Made by a program: the position numbers and the translations under genes. The notes below the pieces were generated by a model, which worked only from the letters and a program-made list of their open reading frames with translations, was not told the origin of the DNA and ran no database searches. Shown here piece by piece: positions 6,538 to 16,041 of a DNA stretch of 50,409 nucleotides. The stretch's first letter is position 1, and every line of letters starts with the position of its first letter. The stretch comes from a virus (taxonomy: Duplodnaviria > Caudoviricetes). The DNA is taken from the IMG/VR virus record IMGVR_UViG_3300010052_000152, positions 1 to 50,409 of that record; one strand, given 5' to 3'.

Positions 6538-8745
6538 TCACGTCGCGTTCCCCGTTTGGTCGACGCTCAGGCCCACGGCGATCGGCCGCACCCAGATAGG
6601 CTGGGAACTCAGCGAGAAGGTTTCACCGGACCAGGCCAGCAGCAGGGTGGTGCCCATCACCTCGGCGATCGCCTGCGCAGCGTCGGGGGGCACGGCGTTG
6701 CCGATGCGCTCGCGCCAGGCCTGATCGCTCAGGCCATCCAACTCCAGCATTTCCTCCGGGTCGACCAGCGACTGCAGCGCGGCCAGCTCCAGCGTGGTGA
6801 AGGGGCGATGCCATGTGCCGTCGAGCGCCTGGATGCGGCACACCAACTTTTGATTGAGTGCGGGAAGTGGCGAAACTTCTGGCGAGGCCGCAGGATTCCG
6901 CACTTCGCCAGCGGCGGGCAATTGGCGAGGGTCCTGCACACTCCAGCGGCCGTTGTCATGGCCAGCGGCGGCGCTGACCGCGCCAGCGGGTTCCTGCCAG
7001 TCCACCACCCCATAGTGGCCGGCCGTCAGGTAGTTGTCGCCTTTCTCGCGGTTCACGCCGTTGCGCGGGTCGGCTACGGCAAACGCGCCTTGCCCCGTGT
7101 CACTGCGGCCGATGACAGTGCCCGAAGGTTCACCAAAGCCGGTCATGCGGTATTTGCCCTTGCCCTGGAACCCGCTGCCCGACCGAGGATCGGCCACGGC
7201 CTGCCCGGTGCCGTGCGCGCTGGTCACCGCTTGGGCATTTTTGTCCCACGCGACGATGCGAAACTCGTTTGAGTGTTTGGCGGGGCCTGCATGGCGAGGG
7301 TCCGAAACTGCATAAGCGCCGCTGTCATCCCCCCCGATCACCGTGCCGGTGCGCATATTCCACGGCGTTACTGCATATTTCGAGAAGGCGGCCTGGCCTT
7401 CGGCTCGGCGCGGATCGGCGACGCTGTAGGCACCCTGGCCAGGGTTTTGCTGGCCCGCGATCGCGCCGGTGGGCTCATCCCAGCGCCGCACACCCAGTGC
7501 CTGGCCGTCGTTCCATTTCGCCGACTGCGAGAAGCGGGGGTCTGCCACCGACTGGCCGCCAGACGATGGGCCGTGGCCGCTGGTGACCGTGCCGGCCGGG
7601 TCTTTCCAGTCCACCACGCGGGCCACATTCTTGTGCGTGGTGTTGATGTCGCCGGACCTGGGATCAGCCACCGCAAATTTGCCATTGCTGGGCAGCGATT
7701 CGCCCGCCACAGCGCCGGAAGTGGCGTCCCAAGGGGTGACCCCGTAGCCGCCACCATAAAGCGCCTGCCGAGGATCTGCGACGGAGTGATTGCCGTTGGT
7801 GGGTCCGCATCGGCTGGTGACTGTGCTGGCATGCTTGTCCCATGCCTGGACACCAAGGTAGCCATGATGGGCCTGTGGGACGATCAGGAAGTCTTTCAGG
7901 TGCCCGTTCTCCACCGCCAGCTTGTTCAAACTGCGCCAGTCACTGCCGGCTTCAACGAAAGCGAGGCGAACCCAGGTTTTCCATTGAAGAGCGGGGATGC
8001 GGTGCATAGGGCCTGAGCGCTCGTCGCCGGGCAGCAGCATGCGGCCGAGGATGTCACCCACGGCGCGCAGGCTCTTCTTCGGCGGCTCATACAGGAACGG
8101 TGGCACCTTGGCCATGTGGCGGGCCACCAGCAGGAAGCGCTTGCGGCTCTGGCCCAGGCCGCCCAGCTCGCCGCAATCGTGGGTGGTTTCGGCCACCGCG
8201 TAGCCATAGGCGCGCAGCAGATCCATGATCTGGTCCAGCAGGTGCCGGCCGCGCGTAGCGATGCGCGGCACATTCTCGAAAACGATCAACTCGACGGGAT
8301 CGTCCTTGTAGGCTTCGAGCATCAGCCAGACGCCGCGCAGCGTGAGCCGGTTCAGGGCCTGGTATTTGTCCGTGAGGCTCTTGACCTGCGACAGCAACCC
8401 GCTGAAACCCTTGCATGGGGCCGACAGGAAGACGATGTGCGGCCGCTCGTAGTTGAATGCGCGGTGGATATCGGCCGTGGTGGCTTCGCGCCAGCCCTCT
8501 GGCGGCATGTAGCCGTGAAAGGCCAGGTACTGCTCAAAGTCGAACAGGTCCAGCACCGTGCCGGTGGCTTTAGCCAGCTTGTTGAAGTCGCGGATGCCGG
8601 CCGGGTCGACATCGATCCCGCCGATGCACCGGAACTTGGCCCGCTTGTTGCCTACGACCGGCCGGGCCTTGTTGAAGCCCTTGCCCCCGCCGCCGAGGCC
8701 ACAGAAGAAGTGCGCGTGCCGAATTTCTACATCAGTGAACATCAA
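6538..8745 (-). CDS. DNA (cytosine-5) methyltransferase with repeat-expanded variable region, 735 aa
   Basis: Motif I FCGLGG, IV SAPCKGFS, VI FENVP, VIII QSRKR, X IGNAVPP. Confidence 0.92.
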   Translation of the reverse strand: MMFTDVEIRHAHFFCGLGGGGKGFNKARPVVGNKRAKFRCIGGIDVDPAGIRDFNKLAKATGTVLDLFDFEQYLAFHGYMPPEGWREATTADIHRAFNYERPHIVFLSAPCKGFSGLLSQVKSLTDKYQALNRLTLRGVWLMLEAYKDDPVELIVFENVPRIATRGRHLLDQIMDLLRAYGYAVAETTHDCGELGGLGQSRKRFLLVARHMAKVPPFLYEPPKKSLRAVGDILGRMLLPGDERSGPMHRIPALQWKTWVRLAFVEAGSDWRSLNKLAVENGHLKDFLIVPQAHHGYLGVQAWDKHASTVTSRCGPTNGNHSVADPRQALYGGGYGVTPWDATSGAVAGESLPSNGKFAVADPRSGDINTTHKNVARVVDWKDPAGTVTSGHGPSSGGQSVADPRFSQSAKWNDGQALGVRRWDEPTGAIAGQQNPGQGAYSVADPRRAEGQAAFSKYAVTPWNMRTGTVIGGDDSGAYAVSDPRHAGPAKHSNEFRIVAWDKNAQAVTSAHGTGQAVADPRSGSGFQGKGKYRMTGFGEPSGTVIGRSDTGQGAFAVADPRNGVNREKGDNYLTAGHYGVVDWQEPAGAVSAAAGHDNGRWSVQDPRQLPAAGEVRNPAASPEVSPLPALNQKLVCRIQALDGTWHRPFTTLELAALQSLVDPEEMLELDGLSDQAWRERIGNAVPPDAAQAIAEVMGTTLLLAWSGETFSLSSQPIWVRPIAVGLSVDQTGNAT
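6925..7863 (-). repeat. Eight degenerate protein repeats of about 35-45 aa, each ending in (A/S)V(A/S/Q)DPR, inside the methyltransferase
   Basis: SVADPR, AVADPR, SVADPR, SVADPR, AVSDPR, AVADPR, AVADPR, SVQDPR. Most are preceded by V..W...(G/S).V. Confidence 0.85.
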
Positions 8746-9032
8746 TTTTTTCCTGTCTTGGCCAGTTCCCTGGCTGCGGTGAGTAATGCCTTCGCGTCAT
8801 GCCGTTTGGCGTGAAGCCCGGCCCTGAGCTTTTTGAAAGATCGCGGGCCGAAGCGCACGAGCTTTGAGAAAGGCCAGTTGGGTTGAGTGACCCGGAGGTC
8901 CAGGTGGCGCACACCGCCGATGAAGATCACCTGGACAAGGGCATAGCTCCAGCCGTGAAGCGGGCCGCCGTCGATCGTCCCGAACTGGGGGATCGAGGCC
9001 GGCGCCCGCTTCTTCTTCGGCTGGGTGGCCAT
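8742..9032 (-). CDS. Hypothetical basic protein, 96 aa
   Basis: Operon-coupled ORF. Confidence 0.6.
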   Translation of the reverse strand: MATQPKKKRAPASIPQFGTIDGGPLHGWSYALVQVIFIGGVRHLDLRVTQPNWPFSKLVRFGPRSFKKLRAGLHAKRHDAKALLTAARELAKTGKN

Positions 9033-9035
9033 GGC

Positions 9036-9905
9036 CTATTTGCCGACGCTCACGAACGGGGTGGCCGCGCCGCTGGTCATGTAGCTGGGCAGCTTGCCGT
9101 CCCACTTCTTGATCGCTTCGAGCTGGATGTATCCGGCGCCGCCTTGCTTTTCGACTGCCGCTGCCTGGATGGCGATCGCTTTGGCTTCGCCCTCGGCCTG
9201 GGTGATGCGCGCATCGGCTTCAAACTTCACACGCTTGAGGTTGTTCTCGGCCGTGGCGGCTTTCTGGTTGGCCGTCACCTTCTCTTCAATGGCAGCATCG
9301 AAGGCCCGGCTGAAACCGAAGTTCACGAGGTTGATGCTCTGCACGTGCAGGAAGTAGGGCGCCAGCTTGGCGTTGAGCGATCGCGTGATGTTTTCGCTCA
9401 CGGCCGCGCGCTTCGTCACCAGTTCTTCGGCGGTGTATTGCGACACCACGGCCTTGAAGACTTCATAGGTCGCCGGCACGACGAACGCATCCTCATAGCC
9501 CAGCGAAGGGTTGAGCTGGTACAGCTCGCGCACCTTGGTTTGGTCAACCTGGTAGTTGACGGTCAGCGTCGCGTGGACCGACTGCAGATCGCGCGAGCCC
9601 GCTTCGCTCTTTTGCGCCTGGGCCACGTCGATACCGGTGAAGACGCGCTTCGTGTGCGCCAGCGGGCTGACGAAATGCAGGCCTTCGGCGAGCGTGATGG
9701 GCTGGACTTGGCCGAACAGGACCACGACACCCGTGTGCGAGGCTGGAACCACGGTGGCGGAGGTCCACAGGACGGCCAGGACGGCGACCAAGACAAAGGA
9801 GCCGGACACCAGCCGGCCCAGCAGCTTTTCGCTCGTGTTGCGCGTGAAAAACCAGGTGCCGATTGCAAGCAGCAGCAAGACGATGGAAATGATGACTGTG
9901 ATCAT
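9036..9905 (-). CDS. SPFH/prohibitin (band 7) membrane protein, 289 aa
   Basis: Two N-terminal transmembrane segments, VPASHTGVV..FGQV..EGLHF, coiled-coil AEGEAKAI, terminal KWDGKLP. Confidence 0.92.
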   Translation of the reverse strand: MITVIISIVLLLLAIGTWFFTRNTSEKLLGRLVSGSFVLVAVLAVLWTSATVVPASHTGVVVLFGQVQPITLAEGLHFVSPLAHTKRVFTGIDVAQAQKSEAGSRDLQSVHATLTVNYQVDQTKVRELYQLNPSLGYEDAFVVPATYEVFKAVVSQYTAEELVTKRAAVSENITRSLNAKLAPYFLHVQSINLVNFGFSRAFDAAIEEKVTANQKAATAENNLKRVKFEADARITQAEGEAKAIAIQAAAVEKQGGAGYIQLEAIKKWDGKLPSYMTSGAATPFVSVGK

Positions 9906-9937
9906 GGTTTGCTTTCAGGTTGGAGGTGGACAGGGGC

Positions 9938-10642
9938 TCACTTCGCGGCGTGGGACGCTGCGAGGGCTTCTTCGGGGGTCTGCGGGTTGGCGCTGCCATC
10001 CGCATTGAGCGGCAGCGGGTTTTCTGGCTGTTCCTCGGGGTCGAGGTCCAGGCCCAACGGGTTGGTGTTGTCGTCATCACCATCGTCCCCGTCATCGTCA
10101 TCGCCAGACGTGGCCTGGTAGACGGTGGGCGCGATCAGGCGGATCGTGATCTTCTCGCCGCCCATCAGGGCCAGCTTGCCGCACAGGTCTACGTCCAGGT
10201 GTTCGCCGGCGTTCTGCACCTTCCACGTCATGGGCGTGGTGCCGCCTTCCTTCGTCTCGAAGGCGATGCCGCTCACGTCGCACAGGTCCAGGTCGATATC
10301 GCTGGGCCCGCCCAGGCCGTAATCGATGATCAGGCGGTAGCCGCGGATCTTGTCCTTGCCGCCCCAGCTGAACTTCTGACCGTTCAGCTTCGGGTAGCGC
10401 AGGTTGGGCAGCGATTCGTCCAAGCCCTCGAGCCCGGCCTGGCCAGCGTCGGCCGCGGCGTTGTAGTAGAGCGAGGCGCACAGCGTTGGGTGCAGCATGC
10501 CGAGGAACGAATTGGGGAAGTCCCCCTTCATGCTCAGGTCCACCGCCTGGACGTGCTGCTCGCCGTGGATTTCCTTGCGGGTGTTGACGTTGGTGAGGGT
10601 GACCTCGATCGGGTCGGTGAACTCAAACTTTCTCGTAGTCAT
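9938..10642 (-). CDS. Hypothetical phage protein with acidic tail, 234 aa
   Basis: AAAGGA RBS before ATG 10642. Confidence 0.7.
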   Translation of the reverse strand: MTTRKFEFTDPIEVTLTNVNTRKEIHGEQHVQAVDLSMKGDFPNSFLGMLHPTLCASLYYNAAADAGQAGLEGLDESLPNLRYPKLNGQKFSWGGKDKIRGYRLIIDYGLGGPSDIDLDLCDVSGIAFETKEGGTTPMTWKVQNAGEHLDVDLCGKLALMGGEKITIRLIAPTVYQATSGDDDDGDDGDDDNTNPLGLDLDPEEQPENPLPLNADGSANPQTPEEALAASHAAK

Positions 10643-10708
10643 GGGTGTCCTTTGAGGTGGGGGGGTGGGGTTGGGGCCGCTGGTTGTAGGCATAGGCCCC
10701 GGACTGGT

Positions 10709-11431
10709 TTAGGCCGCCTTGCGTGCTGCCGGGTCGTTGGCGGCCTTCTTGCTGAACAGGTACTTGAAGTCGTCAACGCGCGTGCGGAACGCCAGCAGCT
10801 TCCCGGCCATGCTGTCGATGTAGGCGTCGTCGCGCATGACGCGCTTGACGTAGAGGTCGTTGCCCACGGCTTCGAGGTCGGGCACATACATGATGAAATC
10901 GCACCACTTCGCACCCGTGATCCACATGCCGCCCTGCATCTGATCCATGTATTCGGACAGGTCGCCGGTGCTCCAGATCGCGAGGATCTTCTGGCTGTCG
11001 ATCGGGCACTTGATTTCGATCAGGCCTTCACAGGCGAAGTAGTGGGTCGGTGCCGCCGATGCGTCACGGGTGGGGTTCACCATGCCGTCGGTGCTGTAGC
11101 CGAAGTCACCGTCGTCGGTCAGGACAATGCCAGCCTCTTCGGCAACCAGGCCGGTGCGCATTTCCCACGCCTGGCGTGCGAAGGGTTCCAGGCGGTGCCC
11201 GCGCTCGAGCACCCATGCCTTGGGCGGCTCGCCGTAGGGCTTTCCGCTGATGCGCTCGATCGCCAGGTCGCTGGCGTACTTGTCGGAGGTTGCAGTGGGG
11301 TCGCCCACGTTGCGATCGCCCGACTTGCGCGTCAGTAGGCTGATCGCGTCGCCGAACATGCTGGCAGTGATGACGCCGGCGCGGGCGTTCAGCCATTCCT
11401 GGGTGCCCTGGACAACTGGTAAGAATTTCAT
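10709..11431 (-). CDS. YqaJ/lambda-exonuclease family 5'-3' exonuclease
   Basis: QGTQEWLNARAGVITAS, RGHRLEP, STDG, IEIKCP, YMDQMQG. Confidence 0.92.
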   Translation of the reverse strand: MKFLPVVQGTQEWLNARAGVITASMFGDAISLLTRKSGDRNVGDPTATSDKYASDLAIERISGKPYGEPPKAWVLERGHRLEPFARQAWEMRTGLVAEEAGIVLTDDGDFGYSTDGMVNPTRDASAAPTHYFACEGLIEIKCPIDSQKILAIWSTGDLSEYMDQMQGGMWITGAKWCDFIMYVPDLEAVGNDLYVKRVMRDDAYIDSMAGKLLAFRTRVDDFKYLFSKKAANDPAARKAA

Positions 11432-11456
11432 GGGTAGCTCCTGTAGTGATGGGGGG

Positions 11457-12629
11457 TTACTTTTTGAGCTTTGCCTTGTACGTTTCGTACTTGGCGTTCA
11501 GCTCGTTGCGGTGCTCTTCGTCGGGAAGGTCTTTGATCCAGTCGGCCGCGATTTCGAGCGCGGCCATGGTCTTGGCCTTGGCCATGAGGTCGGCGACCTT
11601 GGCGTAGGTGGGGCGCGGATCATCTGCATTGGTCGCTGCGGGCTTGCCGCCCGGCGGCTTGCTGTCGCCACCGCCTGCGGCATCGCTGGCTGGTGCCGCG
11701 CGCTTGTCCGTCACATCGGTGGGAGCGTTCTTCTTGATGGCGTCCCCGCGTTCGACCACGGCCGCCTTGAAGGCGTTGTAGGCGCCCATGTCCTTCGAGG
11801 GCTTGATCTCGGCAAGGCCCTGCTGCCAGATCAGCGCCAGCGCTTCGGCAGTGGTAGCCGCGTTCGCCTTTTCAATCCATTCGTTGAGCACGTTGACGGG
11901 AAATTGGCCGCCGCCGTCCGGCCTGAGCGGGTCGAAGCCTTCACCGCCCTCGGTGTTCATGTACTGGATGGCTTCGTCGACGCGCTCGGTACGGTCGGTT
12001 TTGGGCCAGTACTTGTAGGCCTGCTTCACCACCGTCTTTTTGATCATTTCCTCTTCGTCGGACTTCCACGGCCCGCTCTGGCTGGCCTTCCACGATTCGG
12101 AGCGATCGCGGATGCCATAGATCTGCGCGATGTCCATGGTATGGGTCAGGTACTCGCCGTCGGGCGTCTTGACCACCACGTAGGCGCCCACGATCGCGCC
12201 CCGCTTTGCCGGGCCGTCGAAGGGCTTGTATTTGTGCGTGGGCAGCTCGTCCAGGTTGTTGAGGACGAACGCATCGTGCTCGCGAACAACCTTGGCCTGG
12301 CCCCACAGAATCGAGCCCGTGGCGATCGCCAGGTCCAGCAGGCCGATGTAGCTGATATCCAGGCAGATCTTGTTTTTGCGCGGTACCAGGTACGCCTGCT
12401 TTTTGGCAGGGTTCAGGCTGATACCGATGGCGGCCACGTTGGTGACCGCGTCGGCCACCGACTGGCGGTTTGCCATAGCTGCTTTCAGGGCATATTCGTT
12501 GCCTGAAAGCAGCTGAATGGCGAAGCCAGCCTCTTTGTCGAAGTTCATGCCGCGATCAACGGCCACCGACTGGAAGCTGTTGCGCAGCGCGTAGATATCG
12601 TCGGTGATGGTGGCGATGGCCGTGCTCAT
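11457..12629 (-). CDS. recT: RecT-family single-strand annealing protein
   Basis: GISLNPAKKQAYLVPR, ISYIGL, PWKSDEEEMIKKTVVK. Adjacent to the exonuclease. ATGA-coupled start at 12629. Confidence 0.9.
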   Translation of the reverse strand: MSTAIATITDDIYALRNSFQSVAVDRGMNFDKEAGFAIQLLSGNEYALKAAMANRQSVADAVTNVAAIGISLNPAKKQAYLVPRKNKICLDISYIGLLDLAIATGSILWGQAKVVREHDAFVLNNLDELPTHKYKPFDGPAKRGAIVGAYVVVKTPDGEYLTHTMDIAQIYGIRDRSESWKASQSGPWKSDEEEMIKKTVVKQAYKYWPKTDRTERVDEAIQYMNTEGGEGFDPLRPDGGGQFPVNVLNEWIEKANAATTAEALALIWQQGLAEIKPSKDMGAYNAFKAAVVERGDAIKKNAPTDVTDKRAAPASDAAGGGDSKPPGGKPAATNADDPRPTYAKVADLMAKAKTMAALEIAADWIKDLPDEEHRNELNAKYETYKAKLKK

Positions 12630-13915
12630 GCAGCCACCTCTTGCGCATGGGCCAGGACTGCGTCGAAGTCCATGTCTTTGAGCCACGAAACCACCTCGGC
12701 CGGCGTGCTGTCGAACACATCAGCCAGCTCGCCGATGATTGCGTCGTCGTCAGGGCGGTCCATTTCGCAATCGCTGACCCAGCGGCGGGCTGGGCCGGGG
12801 TCAACCGCCGGCGCCGATGCGGGAGCAGGCGCAGCTGCAGGCGCGCGCACGGCATCCACCACACGGGACAGGAGGGGCTTCGCGGCCTGGGCGGCCTGCG
12901 CCTCTTCCTGCTGCCGGCGCTGCTGGTCCAGGGCCTGCTGCTGGCGCTGGTTGGCCTCGGTCTGTTTTTGAATCTCGGCCGCGCGCGCCTCGTCCTGCAC
13001 CTTGACGGCGTGCATTTGCTGAATCTTGCTGATCGCCAGTTCCAGCAGCTCGCCGGCCTCGAGCGTGTACTCGGCGTAGCTGTCATCGATCACAAGGGCC
13101 TGTGCCTCTTCCAGCACCACGGCGACCTCTGCGGCGGTTTCGGCTTCGCTGGCACGCACGCGGTAGTTGCGGATGTGGTCCAGCTTGGCGCGCAGGCCGT
13201 CCAGGCGCTCGCGCTCCGCGTCTTCGCGCAGGCGCCGCTCGGTTTCCTGCTGCTGCTCCAGGCGCAGCTTTTCCTGCTGCTTGGCAAGCTCGGCGGCTTG
13301 CGTCTCGGCCGCCACCTTCACGTCGTACAGCTCGACCAGGAACTGGGTGACTTCGCCGTAGACGGTTTCGGCCTCCTGCTGGAATTCCTCGAAGGACTCG
13401 GCGAGCATTTCCTTCATGCTTTCCATCAGCTGCTTGATGCGGGCCGAGTCGCGGCACATGTTGCCTTGCTCGCGCAGATCGCGGATCGCCTGAATGCGGT
13501 TGCGGTGGCCGTCGATGCGAGCGCGTTCCTTTTCCAGCTCTTCCTGGCGGATGGCTTCGAGGCGCTTCTCTTCCTTGGTGATCGCCGCGTCGTAGGCCAG
13601 CTCGTAAGGGGCAGCCAGCGCCGTGATGCGTTTGGCCTCGCTGTCGACCAGCTTGCCGTAGGCCAGCGACGCGGCCTTTTCCTTGACGCGGGCAGCTTCA
13701 ATGCTGGTGCGGAAGGTGACCATTTCCTTGCGGCTTTTCTTGGCCGACTCCATGCCGGCCGGCGTCGACACGTCGGGCGGCACCTGCAGCACGTGGCCGT
13801 GCTTTTTGATCATCAGGGCGATGCCTGCGGCGATCGGGTTGTAGACCTCAACCTCCGATTTGTTCACGTCGTCTGTGAGCGGGCCCTCGGCCCCCTCGAG
13901 GGGTTTCTGTTCCAT
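12626..13915 (-). CDS. Coiled-coil protein upstream of recT, 429 aa
   Basis: E/Q/A/K/R-rich helical sequence, GGAG RBS, typical position in recombination modules. Confidence 0.75.
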   Translation of the reverse strand: MEQKPLEGAEGPLTDDVNKSEVEVYNPIAAGIALMIKKHGHVLQVPPDVSTPAGMESAKKSRKEMVTFRTSIEAARVKEKAASLAYGKLVDSEAKRITALAAPYELAYDAAITKEEKRLEAIRQEELEKERARIDGHRNRIQAIRDLREQGNMCRDSARIKQLMESMKEMLAESFEEFQQEAETVYGEVTQFLVELYDVKVAAETQAAELAKQQEKLRLEQQQETERRLREDAERERLDGLRAKLDHIRNYRVRASEAETAAEVAVVLEEAQALVIDDSYAEYTLEAGELLELAISKIQQMHAVKVQDEARAAEIQKQTEANQRQQQALDQQRRQQEEAQAAQAAKPLLSRVVDAVRAPAAAPAPASAPAVDPGPARRWVSDCEMDRPDDDAIIGELADVFDSTPAEVVSWLKDMDFDAVLAHAQEVAA

Positions 13916-13927
13916 GGTTTTCTCCGG

Positions 13928-14230
13928 TTAAAAGCGGTTGATGGCCCACCACACGAAGGCGCAGATGGCAACGATTGCTGCCGCCCAGCCGAGCGGGGTG
14001 ATTTCGTAGGTGACGCGGGCGCGGCTGTGCTCGATGCCGTAGTCGGGCTTGAAGGTGGGAGCGCGGCGAGTGAGCGGCGGGGCGACGGGCGCCTCGTGCT
14101 TGGCGCTGTCGAAGGTGCGGCCGCCCTCGGCGGTCTGCAGATAGCAAATCTTTCCCTCGGGGCAAAGGTCTGGCGTGGGGCACAGCCGACGGGCGCCGCT
14201 GGGGCAGATGCGGGTGGTGGTGATCTTCAT
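13928..14230 (-). CDS. Hypothetical protein with Cys cluster and C-terminal transmembrane helix, 100 aa
   Basis: ATGA-coupled start at 14230. LGWAAAIVAICAFVWWAI. Confidence 0.6.
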   Translation of the reverse strand: MKITTTRICPSGARRLCPTPDLCPEGKICYLQTAEGGRTFDSAKHEAPVAPPLTRRAPTFKPDYGIEHSRARVTYEITPLGWAAAIVAICAFVWWAINRF

Positions 14231-14358
14231 GCTGCAGGCCTCGCTGATCCACCGCGGGCGAGCGGGAAGGCCGCGCGCACCTGGTCGATCGCGTCCCACA
14301 CGCTGGTGGCGGACACGGTCACGCGCGCGCCGGGGATGCGGACGATGTAGTGCTTCAT
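14227..14358 (-). CDS. Small hypothetical protein, 43 aa
   Basis: ATGA overlaps at both ends (MKHYIVRIPG...). Confidence 0.55.
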   Translation of the reverse strand: MKHYIVRIPGARVTVSATSVWDAIDQVRAAFPLARGGSARPAA

Positions 14359-14930
14359 GGTTGCGCCTTGAGGGTGTGCTCGCAGTGCTCCCACGCCAGC
14401 ACGGCGCAGCTGCACAGCGGTTTGAAGATGGCGGGGCCCGTTAGCACGCCGGGCTTTGTGCGGGCGGGCAGGCGCAGCGTCGGGCGCGCCGGCCGGGCGC
14501 AGACCTCTACCACGCGCTGGCACTGCTCGATATCGAACCAGCCGATATGGCATTGCTCCACGTCAGTGATGCCGAGGGCGCTGGCCAGCCATGCGTAGGC
14601 CTCTGTCCTGGACATGTCGCCCTGGGTCCAGAGAGGGTTGAACGCGGCCTTGGCCTGCTGGCGGGCGTCGCGCATCGCGCGGGTTGCCAGCGTGCCCAGG
14701 GGGATGGCGGTGAAGGGGTGCAGGCCCACGTAGGCGTCGCATGGCTTGCAGCCATAGGCAAACGGCCATTCGCCGTAGTGGCGACCGTAGATTTCGCTGT
14801 TTTCCATGAGGCGCACGGGCCCGCCGCAGTGTGGGCAGATCGTGGGCATTGGTAACGGATTTGTGACGCGCGCTGTGGCCGTGCGCGACGGGTTCGCCGG
14901 GCTCTTGCCGTTGATGGTCAGGTTGCTCAT
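14355..14930 (-). CDS. Zinc-finger protein (DUF3268-like), 191 aa
   Basis: CPHCG..C..CDAYVGLH..PLGTLA..AYAWLA..CHIGWFD. Confidence 0.8.
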   Translation of the reverse strand: MSNLTINGKSPANPSRTATARVTNPLPMPTICPHCGGPVRLMENSEIYGRHYGEWPFAYGCKPCDAYVGLHPFTAIPLGTLATRAMRDARQQAKAAFNPLWTQGDMSRTEAYAWLASALGITDVEQCHIGWFDIEQCQRVVEVCARPARPTLRLPARTKPGVLTGPAIFKPLCSCAVLAWEHCEHTLKAQP

Positions 14931-15196
14931 TGCCCGTCGACCGTTCCGTAGCGCATCTGCAGGCGCATGGCCCGAGCTTCGTGCTCACGGTGGGCGCGGC
15001 CGGCCTTGTCGGCGTTGTAGGCGAGGTCCGCTTGGATGGCTTGGTCTTCTTCCCAGTCGAAGCCTGCAGCCTGCGGCGTGCCGGCGCAAAACTTCTCAGG
15101 GCCGCCGACTGGCTGGCTGGTGGGGGTGATGGCGCGCGCGGCCTTCGCAGCCTGCAGCTGCGCGAGCAACGGAGCCTTGACGACTTCGTCGCTCAC
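14927..15196 (-). CDS. Hypothetical protein, 89 aa
   Basis: GTGA/ATGA overlaps with both neighbours. Confidence 0.6.
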   Translation of the reverse strand: MSDEVVKAPLLAQLQAAKAARAITPTSQPVGGPEKFCAGTPQAAGFDWEEDQAIQADLAYNADKAGRAHREHEARAMRLQMRYGTVDGQ

Positions 15197-15927
15197 TCCG
15201 CAGCCTCGACTGGCTTACCGTCTGCGCCGAGTTCATACCATTTGTCGGCCTCGATGCCGTTCTGGCCGACAAGCGACGAGAAGATGGCATGCAAAACGCC
15301 GTCCTCGTCACGCTTGACGAGGACGATGGCGCCGCCTGCGGCGGCTTTGGCTTTGGAAGCGATGCCGAGCGCGGCCGCAACGGCCCCTTCGCCGGTCGTG
15401 GCGGCGTTGGCCCTGTAGCCGGTCGTGGCGGCGTTGGCCCAGTTGCCGGTCGTGGCGGCGTTGGCCCCTTCGCCGGTCGTGGCGGCGTTGGCCCCTTCGC
15501 CGGTCGTGGCGGCGTTGGCCCTGTAGCCGGTCGTGGCGGCGTTGGCCCTGTAGCCGGTCGTGGCGGCGTTGGCCCCTTCGCCGGTCGTGGCGGCGTTGGC
15601 CCTGTAGCCGGTCGTGGCGGGTTCACCTCCAGCGGCTGCGGCCTTCTCGATCAGCGCCTTGTCCGCGCCGCTGATCTTCACTGTCTGGAGCACGCGCTCG
15701 CCAGCGTCAAGCTCGGCAAACACGTGGTCGATCAGCCAGCCCGAGTCGTCGTAGCGCTTGTCAGCCTGGAGGGCTGCGTAGACCTCGGCGAACTGGCCGC
15801 CCTGGGGGAATTTGTCGAGGAACCAGCGGTACCCCTCCGAACATGCATCCCACGCTTTGACGCGGGCTTTGGTGATGTTGAGCCCTGTGTCGGCGAGCGC
15901 CGGCACGCTTTGTTCTGCTGTCGTCAT
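15193..15927 (-). CDS. First gene of the PL operon; 9-aa tandem-repeat (beta-solenoid-like) protein, 244 aa
   Basis: GGAG RBS. ANAATTGxx repeats. C-terminal VGQNGIEADKWYEL motif. Confidence 0.8.
   Translation of the reverse strand: MTTAEQSVPALADTGLNITKARVKAWDACSEGYRWFLDKFPQGGQFAEVYAALQADKRYDDSGWLIDHVFAELDAGERVLQTVKISGADKALIEKAAAAGGEPATTGYRANAATTGEGANAATTGYRANAATTGYRANAATTGEGANAATTGEGANAATTGNWANAATTGYRANAATTGEGAVAAALGIASKAKAAAGGAIVLVKRDEDGVLHAIFSSLVGQNGIEADKWYELGADGKPVEAAE
15385..15620 (-). repeat. 27-bp in-frame tandem repeat, 8 full units plus 1 partial
   Basis: Constant 21 bp GCCAACGCCGCCACGACCGGC plus a variable 6 bp (TACAGG, GAAGGG or AACTGG). Confidence 0.95.
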
Positions 15928-15971
15928 GCTTTAACTCCGAAGGAAACCCGGGGATCGGGTTGCTGGAATTA

Positions 15972-16008
15972 AATATAACAACTGTTGATTAATGTGTCAA
16001 CACATGTT
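15972..16008 (-). promoter_or_regulatory. PL promoter with overlapping operators (OL)
   Basis: Minus strand TTGACA-17 bp-TATATT. Operators AACAACTGTTGA (15977-15988) and reverse AACATGTGTTGA (15997-16008). Confidence 0.85.
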
Positions 16009-16041
16009 GTTGATGATTGTTGAATTAATGTTTTGAGACGT

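Noticed and set aside
10656-10700. G-rich tract as a G-quadruplex element
   Set aside because: It requires splitting one G7 run, occurs only once, and has no supporting context.
15385-15620. CRISPR array
   Set aside because: The variable parts are only 6 bp, recur, and keep the frame inside a CDS. No cas genes are present.
15096-15626. Pro-rich repeat ORF (PTPPRPATG)n and the plus-strand (GRGGVGP)n ORF
   Set aside because: They are alternative frames of the 27-bp repeat. The ANAATTG frame has the RBS and coherent flanking domains.
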